DNA of 59,660 nt, filler included, from Porpidia crustulata (GCA_964255105.1; 9 parts of 9 records of this genome joined end to end with filler, not necessarily neighbours in it), one strand, 5' to 3'. Positions 10,952 through 24,786 are shown, counted from the first letter of the whole stretch. Numbers and translations: made by a program. The notes: generated from the letters alone by a model not told the origin.

Positions 10952-13214
10952 ATGTTCTCCAGCGCATTGAAGTCTTTTACTTCCAACATCTCCGCAAATT
11001 ACACTGTATCACCGACACCCTCATCTGTCTCTGGGGCATGGAAGGTTTATGATGCGAAGAAGAAGAATACCGGAAAAGCCGTCTCTGTCTTTGTGTTTGA
11101 ACGGAAATCACTAGATTCGCAATCGGGGGGGCCAGGCAGTCGATCTGGCGGCTCAGCGTTGAGGAAACTACACGATGAGGTTATTGCCAGAGTGAAGAAA
11201 GAGTCCAACGCTTTAGCAAGATTACGCCATCCCAGCATCCTCGAGCTTGCGGAGCCAATCGAAGAGACACGAAGTGGGGGCTTGATGTTTGCGACAGAGC
11301 CGGTCACAGCGTCTTTGGCTGGTCTATTGCAAGACAAGGATGACCAGGAAAGAGCCGGGGGAGCTGGCAGTAGACCAAGCAGATTTGTCTTTGAAGATGC
11401 TGATGGACAGAAGAAAACCAGAGAACTGGAGATTGACGAATTAGAAATACAAAAGGGATTGTTGCAGGTCGCGCAAGGCCTTAACTTCCTTCATGAGTCT
11501 GCTGGACTGGTGCATGGTAACGTGACACCAGAAGCTATTTACATCAACGCAAAAGTATGTGTAAATGGTATGCTTGCCCTCGGCAGCCTATTCCCTTGTC
11601 CATTGAACGTCATTGACTTTCTTGGATTTGCACTTTCTACCCACATGTATATTCTGCACTTCCCACCCATTCATGGTGAAGATTCTCTCATACCAAAACA
11701 CTTTTGGTTTGTTAGATCTTTAGCTAGTTTAACTAACATTTCTGTCTACTTAGTCGGATTGGAAAATTGCTGGCTTAGGATTCGCCGGGCCACCAGATAC
11801 TTCGAACTCGCAAAGCACATTGGCCCCTATATCCCTTTCAGAATTACTCTATCACGATCCTCGTCTACCAAGTTCCGTACAACTCAACTTAGATTACACG
11901 TCTCCCGATTTCGTCCTTGATAGCAATGTCTCTGTGTCTGCTGATATGTTCTCCTTGGGCCTTACCATGCTAGCTCTCTATAATTCGCCCCATACATCAC
12001 CACTCAAAACCAACCAAAACGTTTCAGCCTACAAGAAGATGTTTAGCTCTCCATCCTCTATTCCCTCATCAACCAACAATTTCCTCTGCTCAAGACCTTT
12101 ACCTAAAGATCTCGTATCTGGGGTGCTTCCACGCTTACTTACAAGAAGGCCGGGGCAGCGAATGAATGCTCGTGAATTTCAGCAATCGCAATTCTTTGAC
12201 AATATCTTGGTGTCAGCAATCAGATTCTTAGATTCGCTACCGGCAAAAACACCGCTCGAAAAGTCACAATTTATGCGTGGACTACCCAGAATTCTTGAAC
12301 AATTTCCAAAATCGGTCTTGGAGAAAAAGGTGTTGCCAGCACTACTTGAGGAAACAAAAGATAAAGAATTACTCTTCTTGATCCTACAAAATGTTTTCAA
12401 GGTTATCAAGGTATTGCCCTCTGGAAGGCAAGCATTTGCCGAGAGGGTGATACCTCAATTGCGTGATACGTTCCTTACAAGCGGTGGAAAACTCGCTAAT
12501 GTCGAGCGAGATACTGCAAAAGAGGCTGGTCTCGTTGTCGTCCTCGATAACATGGCATTGATTGCGGATAACTGTTCCGGTAAGGAATTCAGGCATGGTA
12601 TGTGATTATTTGGAACAACCGTTGCGGAAGATTGATGTGACGCAGAAATTTTACCGATATTGCAACTTGGATTAGAGTCACCTACCCATTCCATTGTCGA
12701 TAAAGCATTAGGATGTTTACCCACCATCCTAAATACCCTCGACTTCACCACAATAAAGAATGAGCTATTTCCAGTGGTTGCTGCTGTCTTCAGTAAGACT
12801 AGTAGTTTAGGCATCAAGATTCGTGGACTAGAAGCTTTCGTGATACTCTGTGGCGGCTCTGCTTCCGCCAGCAGTGAGATTGGCGATGATCTGGACGGTA
12901 CAGGAAGTAATACAAATCCATCAAAGCAAAACAGCAGCGCAATCCTAGACAAGTATACTGTACAAGAGAAAGTCGTCCCGTTATTAAAGGCCATGAAAAC
13001 AAAAGAACCCGCAGTAATGATGGCCGCCCTGGCCGTCTTCAACCAAGTCGGCAAAATCGCCGACTCCGACTTCCTCGCAATGGACGTTCTGCCCATCCTC
13101 TGGTCCTTCAGCCTCGGTCCCCTCCTCAACCTCCACCAATTCCAAGAATTCATGAGACTGATCAAATCCCTCTCGTCCAAAATCGAACACGAACAAACCC
13201 GGAAGCTGCGCGAC
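10952..13214 (+). CDS. SCY1: SCY1-like pseudokinase with HEAT repeats, 3'-partial
   Basis: MFSSALKSFTSNISANY, LARLRHPSILEL, LVHGNVTPEAIYINAK|SDWKIAGLGF, QLNLDYTSPD, EKSQFMRGL. Confidence 0.92.
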
Positions 13215-13314
13215 NNNNNNNNNNNNNNNNNNNNNNNNNNNNNNNNNNNNNNNNNNNNTTAATTAATTAANNNNNNNNNNNNNNNNNNNNNNNNNNNNNN
13301 NNNNNNNNNNNNNN

Positions 13315-15876
13315 GTCTTTTTCCGTGAAACCCCATTTCCCCTGCGCCGTGCGGGTTTCGATTTTGGCGGCGAGTTCCTGGCGGCGGGTGAATTCGGCGA
13401 CGGAGAAGGAGTAGAGGCCGTCGACGGCTTCGCGGTACGCGAGCATGGTTTTGAGGATGTAGTGCAGCTGGCTCGTGAAGCTGTCTTCTCTGGTGCCCGT
13501 GGCGTGGGAGCGAGCGGAGCCGAGCAGGCCCTTGTGGGTGATTGATTTAAGGTATTTGGTGTGGGCGTCGATGAGGTTGTCGAGGGTGCAGTCGGGTTTC
13601 GTGATGACGGCTTGCAGCTGGTCCCAGGAGGCTTCGATGACCTCGAAGAGAATGTAGTACTGGAGCTGGTTGACGAAGTGGATCATTTCGGCAATGCAGC
13701 AGCGTGCGGATTTCCAGTCGCGGCTGATCTTGTCATCAACGACGGCGAGGACGCCACGCGCGCCGGTCATGCAGCGGCGCCAGGTGCTACCAAGAGCGAA
13801 TTCGACGCGTTTTATGCGCCACAGGAATTGGAAGACTTTGAGGTATTGGCGGCTTGCCCAGGGGGTGATCACTACGTCAACAGGGGCGTCAACTTTGTAG
13901 TCCAAAGTAAAGACGTCCCAACCGACTTCGCCGCTGCTAAGGGCAAGGAGTCGAGCATCGAGCCGTAGGAGAACGTCTTGGGAATCGTATTGCGCGTTTG
14001 AACCGCGAATGGCGTGTTCAAGTTGGGCGGTCAGGTTGTGGCGGTATTGAGACCCAGCAGGTCTGTCCAAGTTCGAGGCAAGCGATTCCATGAGCAGGGC
14101 GATGAAGTCGCCTTGACCGAGGAGAAGGTACTTCTTCAACGCGCGGAGATGCTCAAAAAGCTGGAACTTATCGGCCATGAGGTGGATGAGACGGGCCATT
14201 GTTGCTTTGTAGGCTTTGTCGATTGAAGTTTCTAGAGTAGCCGTGTCGCCGTATTGAAGTTCTTTAGATGCTTCTTTGCAGTAAGCTTCGACCCAAGCCG
14301 AGTCACCACACCCGTAACGGATGAAGTTCAGGCTTTTTCCAATAAGAAAGACCTTGCTCGCAAAATCTTCCGTGATGATACTTGGAACCATCTCCGTCTC
14401 CAGCGTGTACTTGTCCTCCCATACGCTGGTAGCAGGAGCTCTTCGAAGGTCTGCATCCTTTTCAATGTTACTGTTGGGATCTTGCTCAATCACGAAGAAT
14501 TCATGGTATGGATCAGAAAGCTCGCCGTTGTAGATCCACTGCCTTAGCATTTCGTAGAATGGTTTTGTTACATGGACCAGCATACGCTCCGCAAAAGCGC
14601 CAACAAAGGGATCACCGTGAGAAGTTGAGAACGAGTGTATCATTGAAACGAGCTGACCACCCTTCTTGCCTGTAGATCGTCAGCTATTATAATGTGATAG
14701 AGTGGGCTTCATTTACTCTTCGCCCCTTCCATCATGAGACTCATCAATCGTAATCCCATCGTAGCCTCCCGAGTCCAAACCACACATCTCTTAAGCGTAA
14801 CCCCAGCCTTGCCGATACCGCCTCGAGGTTCATCAGCGCTCAAAGATGCGATTGCTCGCCGAATCTCGCCCTCCAAAGTAGCTATCAGGCCAAGGTAGGA
14901 ACGTAGCTCACTTCCGATTGTAGAACGAAGACTCTGGCCTATTAAGCCCTCGCCTTTGGATTCCACGTATTCGGAGAGGCTGCGGTACAGCAGAGATGGC
15001 TCCGCCAATGTATGTAGGAGCGACACTATAGGCAGGGGCAGAGCAGGCGGGAGCGTAATAGTCGATGGTGATGTGAAAGGCAAACAGGTCGAGGATAGCC
15101 CTTGAAGGGTGAAGGGAAGATCGCGCAAAAGCGCAGCTTCGGTGGGCTTTTCGGGAATAGCGGCTTTCATCTCAGGCTCTGCTGTTTGACTCACCGCCGG
15201 TCTTTCCTCCTTCTTAGCTCTGCTTCTTCCTTCTTGCTGGCCATCACCTTCGGCCTTGCTCTCAGGACGACCTTCTCGCGTAGGTAGCCTCGACAGTCCA
15301 GCAGAGGAGAATGCATCATCAAAACCCGGTGGTTGGTCATTACTTCGTTGCGTGCGAGGTCTTGCAGCCTCTTCCTTGCCAAGCGATTGACCGGTCTCAG
15401 GCCGAGCAACGGCAGAGCTTGACGATGCCGGGTCCCCAGCACCTGAATCCGCTATTTTGTACAGTAGATACAATATTCCCCACTTTTGCTCTACCACGGG
15501 CTGAAGGAGCAATCGAGAATAGAGATTAGAGAATCGCAGAGCTTTATCGGGGGAATCATGATCGTGCAGCACTGAAGATATTCAGTTAATGTAAGCCAAA
15601 TGGGTGCCTGTTGCCTACGCTTTTTCTTTATTAGATCCGAAGCATGGTTCACATCCGAGACAATCCCAGGCTTTTCGCGACTACATAGACTATCAGCGAA
15701 GTGGCCTAATTGCATCCCAGAATAACATGCCCATCAATGACCGTCTTCGCCCATTCTAAAGCATCATTGCGCTTGCTGGCTGTTGTAGCTTCGACTTCAC
15801 CAGTAGGACTCGGTATCAAATTTGTGACAAGGGATAAAAACGCGCTATCCACACGCTGCTTTCTAGTATCACCCAT
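13315..15876 (-). CDS. SPC98: Gamma-tubulin complex component GCP3 (Spc98/Alp6), 3'-partial
   Basis: LLRDLPFTLQG, GELSDPYHEFF, IGKSLNFIR, LKKYLLLGQGDFI, LDARLL..GWDVFTLDYKVDAP, QLQYYILFEVIEASW. Confidence 0.92.
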
Positions 15877-16089
15877 GTGGGCATTCTTTACAACAGAGAG
15901 ATTTGGTATTAACACCTGGACGCGCTGCGAAGGGAAGGCGGAACGGATTCCGCCTTTGATATGTCTGCGCGGTCAAGGAACTAAGTGCTTGATCTATCGT
16001 CCTCACAATATCATGAGCACATTTTCTGTTTGCGGACTTTGAGATACCCGCTACCAAAATGGATACATGATCATGTTAAAGATTAAATC

Positions 16090-17708
16090 ATGGATGTCTC
16101 GACAGAAGACCTACGGCTGCCGCAATGGCTTTCGATTACGGGACAGCCTCTCGACCTAGGACTCGAATCCGGCTTTCGAGGTTGACATAACTCGATTTAC
16201 AATTGTAAACCAAAGTGCTCACATTTTTATAGGTCAATGTATATCCATCAATTCTTTTGAGAAATTAAACCAGCTTGGTGAAGGAAGTTTGTACACTCTA
16301 GTCCTTATCGATAGACCAGCATGTTCACAGTTTCTAGCCTATGGCGTCGTTTACAGGGCCAAAGATCGTGCGACTTCAAAAGTCCTTGCCCTCAAGCAAG
16401 TCCGAATCTCCCCTGAAGAACGCCAGAATGGGGTGCCTATTACTGCCTTGCGCGAAATATCTATCCTTCGTTCTCTGAAGCATGATAACATTGTCAACGT
16501 TATGGATGTAGCTGTTGGAGACACAGCAGTGGATGAGATCTACATGGTAATGGAATACGCCGAGCAGGTTGGTGACACTCGAGCCTTTGACTGAATATTG
16601 GCGCACCTGGCTGGCTTATGTTCCTTCGCCGTTGGGTGGAGGAAGTGCCAGTTGTCTTGAGACTCTAGGACTTGGCAAACCTTCTCGATGAACTGCAAGT
16701 CAAGTTCACAATAAGTCAAGGTCTGTCAATCAATACGATATCTCATGAATACTAGGAGATTGATGTACGTCGAAAGTCAAATGTCTTTTCCGGCAACTCC
16801 TTGAAGGCTTGGATTACCTTCACAAGAACGATATCATTCACCGGTAAGACTTCTCCCATTGGCGTGGTCGAACAGGAGAACTGAGAATCAGATAATGACT
16901 TTGGCTTGTAGCGATGTGAAGATGCAAAACATACTTCTAAGTGCAAATGGTGTACTTAAGTTAGGTCAGTCCTATAGATCCGGTTTCAAAGAACCTTCTG
17001 CTCACGTTTGCTGTAGCAGATTTTGGTATGGCTCGAGTGAACAGTCCTCGACCCTTGACTCCGGGAGTTATTACAATATGGTACCGAGCACCGGAGCTGC
17101 TTCTTGGTACCAAGTATTATACACCTTCGGTAGACTTATGGTCGGCTGGCCTTGTACTGGCCGAGTTACTGCAAAGCGCTCCGTGCCTCACCGGAGATAC
17201 GCCCATGGATCAATTATCGTTGATTGTCAAGCTTTTGGGCTCCCCCATGTCGGAAGACTTAGCAGCACTGTCAGCAATGGGATGTCCTGAGCTTATCAGG
17301 TGGCGCAGAGAGTCTTTAGCACCGGGACGAGCCGATAATCTGGAGCGCAGATTTCTGGCCGACTCGACAGCTGAAACCGTCAATGTACTGAAGGGTCTGT
17401 TAAGATGGGATCCTCGGGCTCGCTGGACTGCTTTGGAGACATTGGGCAGAGGCAAGAGTAGATTTGCCACCGTGGCAGGGAGATGGTGGAACGAGAGTCC
17501 AAGGGCCATGAACAAAGACCTCTTACCCACATATCCTGAGGTGAGAAACGGTGTGGCGGTACGAGGCATGGAGGCTGGTGCCAAAGCGGGGGTACGAGAA
17601 CCAGCAGGACCAAAAGGTGCGGTGAAGGATAGCACCGACAATTACGTCTTTGATTTCGATGGCTTCAATAGCGTTGAAAGACCAGCAAAGAGACCTCGTG
17701 CTAATTGA
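16090..17708 (+). CDS. Cyclin-dependent kinase, CDK10/CDK11-like, multi-exon
   Basis: Spliced sequence FEKLNQLGEGTYGVVYRAKD..ALKQVR..GVPITALRE..MEYAEQDLANLLD..VKCL..IIHRDVKMQN..ADFGMAR..TPGVITIWYRAPELLLG. Confidence 0.88.
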
Positions 17709-18464
17709 TACGGAACAGAAGACTCCATGCAGCAGGTACTGGCGGTCTAGAAATCGATATTTGATATTGGCTGTCAGGATTGCCGAATCACGTTGCTGCC
17801 CGAGATCACGAACATTAGCATTTTCCCTGGCATGAATCTTGTCCTTATCGTCAATGCAACTACTGTGCATGCCGTCAAGCGATACCAACCATCATCATCT
17901 GATCGACTGCGGGCGTCAATTAAGCAGACCACGGTACAATCACGCGCAGGAAGTCCTGCCAATCGCAAGCATGCCACCGATAGAGAAGAATTCCTAGCCC
18001 CCTTTCGTAGCTTCTTTGTATCATATATACAGATTTGACGATAAGTGCACGATCTTGGCGAGGGTACAGTCCTCTCGGAACGACGAGTAGTGGCTTGACG
18101 AGATGTTAATATGGTATGACATACAGCCCACCCACTTTGGGCTGTTGTAATACCCCCCTCGAGGCACTTTGCCTTTAGCGGGGCGGGATTGCAGCTAAGC
18201 TGCTCGCTTCCAAACGGTCGTCCCTCCGAGCATTTTGCCTATCATCTCGCATATTCTCCGACCTTGACTCCCTTCTCTTCCCCATATTTGTGGGGATTGT
18301 ACGGGGAAGTAAGCGTCCAATCTAGGGAGGGTCATATTATTCTTTCGATCAGACATATCGTACACTCATTGATAGCTTGACGGATCAACGATTCGGGCGG
18401 AATCCTGCAGGCAGGTGGGAGTACTTGACCGCCAGCCATCCTAGGCAGTCGAATACTCGACAAC

Positions 18465-19284
18465 ATGACTCGGCGCGTCGTCTACAGCGCTGCCTTGGTG
18501 GCCTTTTTAGTTGGTGAGTTGAACAAATTTGTTCCGAAAATTTCGAGTGTCGACACTGACGTAGCCGTACAGCCTGCGCCATGACCTTGACCAGCATCAT
18601 AATACCCCGATGGATAAGCTGGAACAGCGAGACGGTATGCACTCTCCTAAAAACAGCATGGAGTAAGGATTCAACTCCTTACTGACACACTTCTTTTAAT
18701 CAGCCCATCGGCGAGCACATCCACTATACCTACGGTCTCCACAAACGCTGCTCCTCTCTCACCAAAATGTGCGAATACTTTCCGCAACCCGGAGACTGCC
18801 ACAATGACCGCTACTTCTGCTCCATGTGGCGTTCCGTCGGCTTCTTGATGTCGTTCGCCGTGGTCGGCGAGGGCGTGACCCTGATTGCGTATATTGTGAT
18901 TCTATGGGGCGGCAAGCAAAAGCGGGAGGCGGGGTGGAAGGTTCTGAGCGGGATGTTATTTTTGGTGGGCTTGATACAGTGTACCGGAATGGCTCTGATT
19001 GTAAGTTTTCCCCGACCGTGGAGACTACTGCAGCAATATGAATATTCTGATGGGGCATCACATGGCTAACTTCCGTGAAACTCCATCAGGCATACCTCTA
19101 CGACAACGACGACCGCTTCTTCCCCGGCTGGAAACTCGACACCTCCTGGATCCTCTGCACCGTCAGCTGGACCATCATGATGTTGCTCGCCGGCGGGATC
19201 GCAGCCGCCTCGATCCTGCTGCCTTCGGAAGGCGGCTACGAGCTGATACCCAACCACGAGCGGGAAGAATGGGAGGAGTCGTGA
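18465..19284 (+). CDS. Four-TM claudin/PMP22/SUR7-like membrane protein, four exons
   Basis: MTRRVVYSAALVAFLV..PRWISW..YTYGLHKRCSSLTKMCEYFP..C..FCSMWRSVGFLM (W-GL-C-C loop) plus three more hydrophobic helices. Confidence 0.72.
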
Positions 19285-21688
19285 GAAACACACACGCACT
19301 AGTGGTTTCGAAGAGAAGCACAACCTGGAGGAATATGTATGGGGGGGCCGCGCACGCCCGATGCGGACGAACAGCACGCCGAGCTTCACGAAAGATCTAC
19401 GGGCGGCCGAATTGATGGGGGGATGTCTTTGCTAGGAAACACGATCATGGAGGATGGTAAATATCGGAGATGTCGGAATTTCTGCTTCTCGCATTGCAGG
19501 TGCTGCTACATAGGGATTTGTCCACGTTGTTTATATCGCCGCACGATGTTCTATACGGGCGATTTTAGCTCTGCGTCCTCGAGTTTTTTTATCAATTGGC
19601 AAAGTTAACAGATCCAACAGAACAGCTCGCTTCGAGCTTGTGTCTTTCTCTATTATGTGTATGGCACTCCTTCGGAACGGAGTCGTCTTACCAGTCTTCT
19701 ATCCCATCCTTATCACCGAGCCAGCTGACCACAACATCCTCACTCCTCCTTATCCATAACCACCTTCGTCCTTCTCATTCCCTTCGCCTACTCCCATATG
19801 ACCCTCTCCCCCTCGCTCGACCTTCCAGACCATGCCTTTCTTCATCCTCCTCCCCCCTCGAATANNNNNNNNNNNNNNNNNNNNNNNNNNNNNNNNNNNN
19901 NNNNNNNNTTAATTAATTAANNNNNNNNNNNNNNNNNNNNNNNNNNNNNNNNNNNNNNNNNNNNCCCTCCCCCTTAGCCTTTGTTAAGCTGCTGCTGGGC
20001 GTGTTCCGATTGGCAAGATTGTAGCGAGCGCTCGAATCCGGGGATGCTAGCCCTAGGATCTTGTCGACTCATAGATAGCGGGCTTCAATCGATCGTCGAC
20101 CGTCTCCTCATCGACTCCGTTGTTCTCTGTGTTTCCACGGCGTAATAGCTTGCTGCTTGTTCTAAAAGATGCAAATGTTACACAGCAGGAAGACGTTTAC
20201 GACGCACTAATACGATCTGGTGCGAGCACGTACCTGGAGTGGGTATGACGACTTCCTCTGCAAATCCAATCAGGATGCCTGCGACGGATTGACTGCCAAG
20301 CCGTCAATACTCACCACCAATAGGCTTCGATGGCATCGAATGCGACAGGGACCAATATTATCTCCCATCGTCCCATATCTTTCTCGAGGAAACAAGGCTG
20401 AGTTCTTGTCAAAAGCCGAGCACGAGCGATGTGATCTCAATTGATCAACAGCACCCTAGGAAGATTAAGATCAAGGGCGTACGAATGCCAGAAGTAGCAG
20501 CAGTCTGTCGCACGTCGTCCGTCGCCCGTCAATTCCCTCACATTGGGGTACGATCGCAATATGTGTAGATAGGAACACAGGCAGTACGGTTGAGATTCTC
20601 CGCGTTGATCTGTTGAACATTCGTACAGTGATATCTAACCACAAGCCTGTACACTGTGGTAGTTATTTATAAACACGTCTGATCTCCGCCGGCGCGCAAT
20701 TAACTCAGAGTTGCTTCAGGGAGGACCCAGTCGTACCACTGAGTGGAGCGAGTCAACCGTCCAGTCATTTTAGCGGCCGAGTCCCCCTAGGGCTTGTCCC
20801 CCCTCGACCCAAACCTTTAGGCTTGAGTTTCTTTGGTTTAGGCGTTCGTAGCATACCCGAGCCGTCCTTGACAAGTCCAGAATCTAGCTGGAAGTCAAAC
20901 GGCCTCTATCAATAAACAGCTAAGGAATAAAATATCTCTAGGTGGCCATAATAAGTGCTGCTATGACTGTGTCTCTCGTCGTTGAATTTGTGATCCGTCA
21001 CTACGGTGCGCAACGACAGTCAGCAGTCCTTTTCCCTTCGTGTAACTTGACGCCACAAAAAGCCCACCGATTATCTCTACCGACCTGACTCTCTAAATCC
21101 GACAAACATTCCAACCGCCGCACACTGCCTGCGACCCCCTTGCTTCCAAAACCATCCTCCACCAGTACCCCAAAACCTTCAAACCTTTGCCCCCATTCCA
21201 CACTCCCATATGTGGACTGGCGGTGAAAACTTTCAGGGCGCCTTGTGCGGGGACGACTGACATTATCTTTCGATCTGCGTCCGATTACTGGACGGCTGCC
21301 TGCTGAGATACTCAAACCCCCAAGTCGCAGGGCAAACGAAGGGGTGCCGCAACTACCACCTTGCATTCAACAGATATATCCCTCGACCGTGGCCCCATTT
21401 ACTCTTCCGGATTCCACTGTACATGGAAAGTTCGATTTGGAAACATAGTGACGGCAAGGCTCGTTGTACAGGTGCGAATCGTCGATGAGGTTTGCTGCGT
21501 GAGCGAAACTGCGCTAATGACTTTCGAGATTTCAGCAGGATTTCCTACCTCAGATCAACAGATAGACCGTTTGGCGCGCCAATACTAGACATATATATGG
21601 ACAAAGACCGAATTGATGATACTTCTGTGTGCTATTCGCCATTTCAAGCTCCGTGAAGATTGGAATCTTCAGAGACCAGATTGAACAG

Positions 21689-24600
21689 ATGGCTTCCACA
21701 GTAAGGCTTCCACAGCAGGCGCTCCTGGAGCTTGGAATGGAATACTATGCTGACTGACGGTCGAAAAGACTCGAAACCGTATAGGGAATTTTGGGTCGGG
21801 GTCGGGCATGATCAATGGGGAGAAACCACGGACCTCGCACGGCTCATCGATCGGTCCAGGTTTTAGCAACACAGGAGCAGGTTGGAACGGCGGGATTTGG
21901 GGTACAACAATCGGAAGTGGGTTGAAAGGTAGCTCAAACGACAATGCTCGTATACAAGGTCCGTCCGGAGCTAAAGCTACCTTTTTGGGGAGTATGCTGA
22001 CCTTATGAAAAGACGACGCAGCCAATGCTGTGGGTGGCATTGATGCAGTCACCGGCTCCGGGTCCTTGCTCCCTTCGTCGGAGTCAGATCATTGGACTGG
22101 CCGTCATACCACGCCATGGAAGTCCATCGACAATACCTCCCCTGGTCTGTCCAGTGCGCATACGAACCATTCTGGCAATTCGCCTATGCGCCGTCAGCCC
22201 AGCAACCAGATAATTCCCCAGTCGCTCGCAGAGGTTGGCCCAGGCAACTCGTCGTACTTCTCGATTCCAACAGCTGCCACGATAAATCAAGGCTTCCCGA
22301 GCAAGGCTGTACAAAACAAATTCCTGGACCCGACTTCGAGTAGTTTTCAGACCTCAAGCGTCTTTGACTCCACGGCTTTGGGACGCGCCTCACGGCACAA
22401 CAGCGAGGAAGCGCACCGACGTCCCACAAAACCATTGTCGATAGGGAATACCGAAAATGCTAGACCCTCGCTCCATTCGGATCGCTCCAATCCCTACAAC
22501 ACTGCCTCGGGCTATAACAGCAGCGCGGCATCACGGAGTGGAAGCTTACCGCCCTCAAGAAATGGCGTTAGCACGGCGTCACGCTTTGATGAGGATCTGC
22601 CCAATCCGTTGTACTCTCAATTCGGCTCAACCACGGCGACTCTTCATCGTCCACAGATGTCTTCGCATTCTGCCTCCTATTCGATGAATATCAACCAGCA
22701 TGGACAGAAATACGGAGACCAGCCAAGCCCGACCCAGCTTGGCATTCTAATGGAAGATTTTAGTAAAATAAACATTGGCCGAAGCAATCAAGATGCAAGT
22801 TATGCTGCTACCAAAGACTCCATCTACTCAAGCCACAATCCGTTGACCTATGAGTATAATCAGCGATCAGGCAACAACAACGTCAACGATGCATGGGCTC
22901 AAGAAGACAATGCTTACCAAGATCGTCTGGATTCGTTTGGATCCGACGCAATCGCCACGGGATCGCTGGCCCAGCAAACTCAATACCGGAGCATGCTTTC
23001 CGGAACGCAGTATTCGCATTCTCCAAGCAATAGCGATGCACGACGTAATCAACCTAGCCCGTACTACATCAGTGGCGAAACGCCGCCCTTGGGGTATCAG
23101 CATCGCGTACCGTCTCGTGGTAGTCTCAACGGTAATCTTCCCACATCTCAAGCGGCGCTGCTAGATCAGAAATTGCGAGGCGTACAGCGAGAGCAGCAAG
23201 GATACACGGCATTACAGCCGAATACTTTCCATTACAGAACCCCTTTCAACCATGCGTACGATTTTCACCCTCAGAATGCGCTGCGGATGAACCCACCTGC
23301 TCCTTACTATCCACTGGCTCATGCTCCCAACCTGACCAACGGTCCATCCATTCCACGAGGCCCTGCTAGAGAACAGGATCCGGGACAGCACGTGCGAAGT
23401 CCGTTGCTCGAAGAATTCAGAAACAATAGTAAGACGAACAAAAGATACGAGCTTAAAGTAAGTCTTGAGTCAACGTGATGTAGGGCATTCTCTGAGCCGA
23501 TTTAGGACATCTATCACCATATTGTTGAGTTTAGCGGTGATCAACACGGCTCCAGATTCATCCAGCAAAAACTTGAGACTGCCAACAGCGACGAAAAAGA
23601 TCAGGTTTTCCGAGAGATACACCCGAATTCTATACAGCTAATGACAGACGTATTTGGCAACTACGTGATTCAAAAGTTCTTCGAACATGGAAATCAGTCG
23701 CAGAAGAAGATCTTGGCAAACCAGATGAAGAACCACATCCTGACGTTGTCGTTGCAGATGTATGGATGCCGAGTTGTCCAAAAGGTTGCGGTGTTCTGTT
23801 CCCTTTTTAAGACTAATTCTGACTCCTTCAGGCCCTTGAACACATCTTGACCGACCAACAAGCACAGCTAGTCAAAGAACTCGAGAACCACGTCCTGAAG
23901 TGTGTGAGGGACCAGAATGGCAATCATGTGGTCCAGAAGGCCATAGAGAGAGTCCCCGCTGAACACATACAATTCATCATCAATGCATTTACAGGAGCAG
24001 TGCAAGGTCTTGCAACTCACCCGTACGGATGTCGGGTCATTCAGCGCATGCTAGAACATTGTGAAGAACCTACCAGAAGCAACGTCCTTCAAGAGTTACA
24101 CGCCTGTGCTCCAAGCCTGATCGTTGATCAGTATGGCAATTATGTTACTCAACATGTCATTGAGCACGGTAAGCCCGAAGATCGAGCAAGAATCATCACG
24201 CTCGTCACTGCACAGCTGGTCAACTTTTCCAAGCACAAATTTGCTAGCAACGTGGTGGAGAAGAGTATTCAGTTCGGCAGTTCTGACCAAAGAAAGAAAA
24301 TAATTACGACCTTGACTGTTTTGAATGACAAGGGCGAAAGCCCTATATCAACGCTTATAAGGGATCAGTACGGAAATTATGTCATACGTAAGTTGCTCTT
24401 GTGCCTTTACTAAACGTCTGACTAAGTGGAACACAGAGAAGCTACTCACGCAGCTTAGAGACGCTGAATATGACGAGTTTGTTGAATTGATCAAGCCTCA
24501 ACTAGCCCTGTTGAGGAGATTCTCATACGGCAAGCAAATTGCCGCCATAGAGAAAGTCGTTTACACCAATCCCCTTCCTCATCAACCACTTCACCCTAAC

Positions 24601-24786
24601 CCCATGCTTCCGGCGCCGATCGACACGTCCGCTGCCCCCACACCGCCGCTGTTGACGGGCGACGCACAGTCGCCCCAGAGCAGCTCTCTCCCTAGCACCA
24701 ACGCCAGCTCCATTGGCGGCCATGCTGACTCACGCAAGTCGAGCGCCAGTAACCCTGTCGAGGTCCTCACACCTACTTCTACTTAG
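21689..24786 (+). CDS. PUF3: Pumilio/Puf3-type RNA-binding protein (long low-complexity N-terminus + 8 PUF repeats), multi-exon
   Basis: RSPLLEEFR; recognition motifs SRFIQ, NYVIQ, CRVVQ, NHVVQ, CRVIQ, NYVTQ, SNVVE, NYVIQ match the canonical UGUA(U)AUA code; start inferred from a short MAST exon. Confidence 0.9.
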
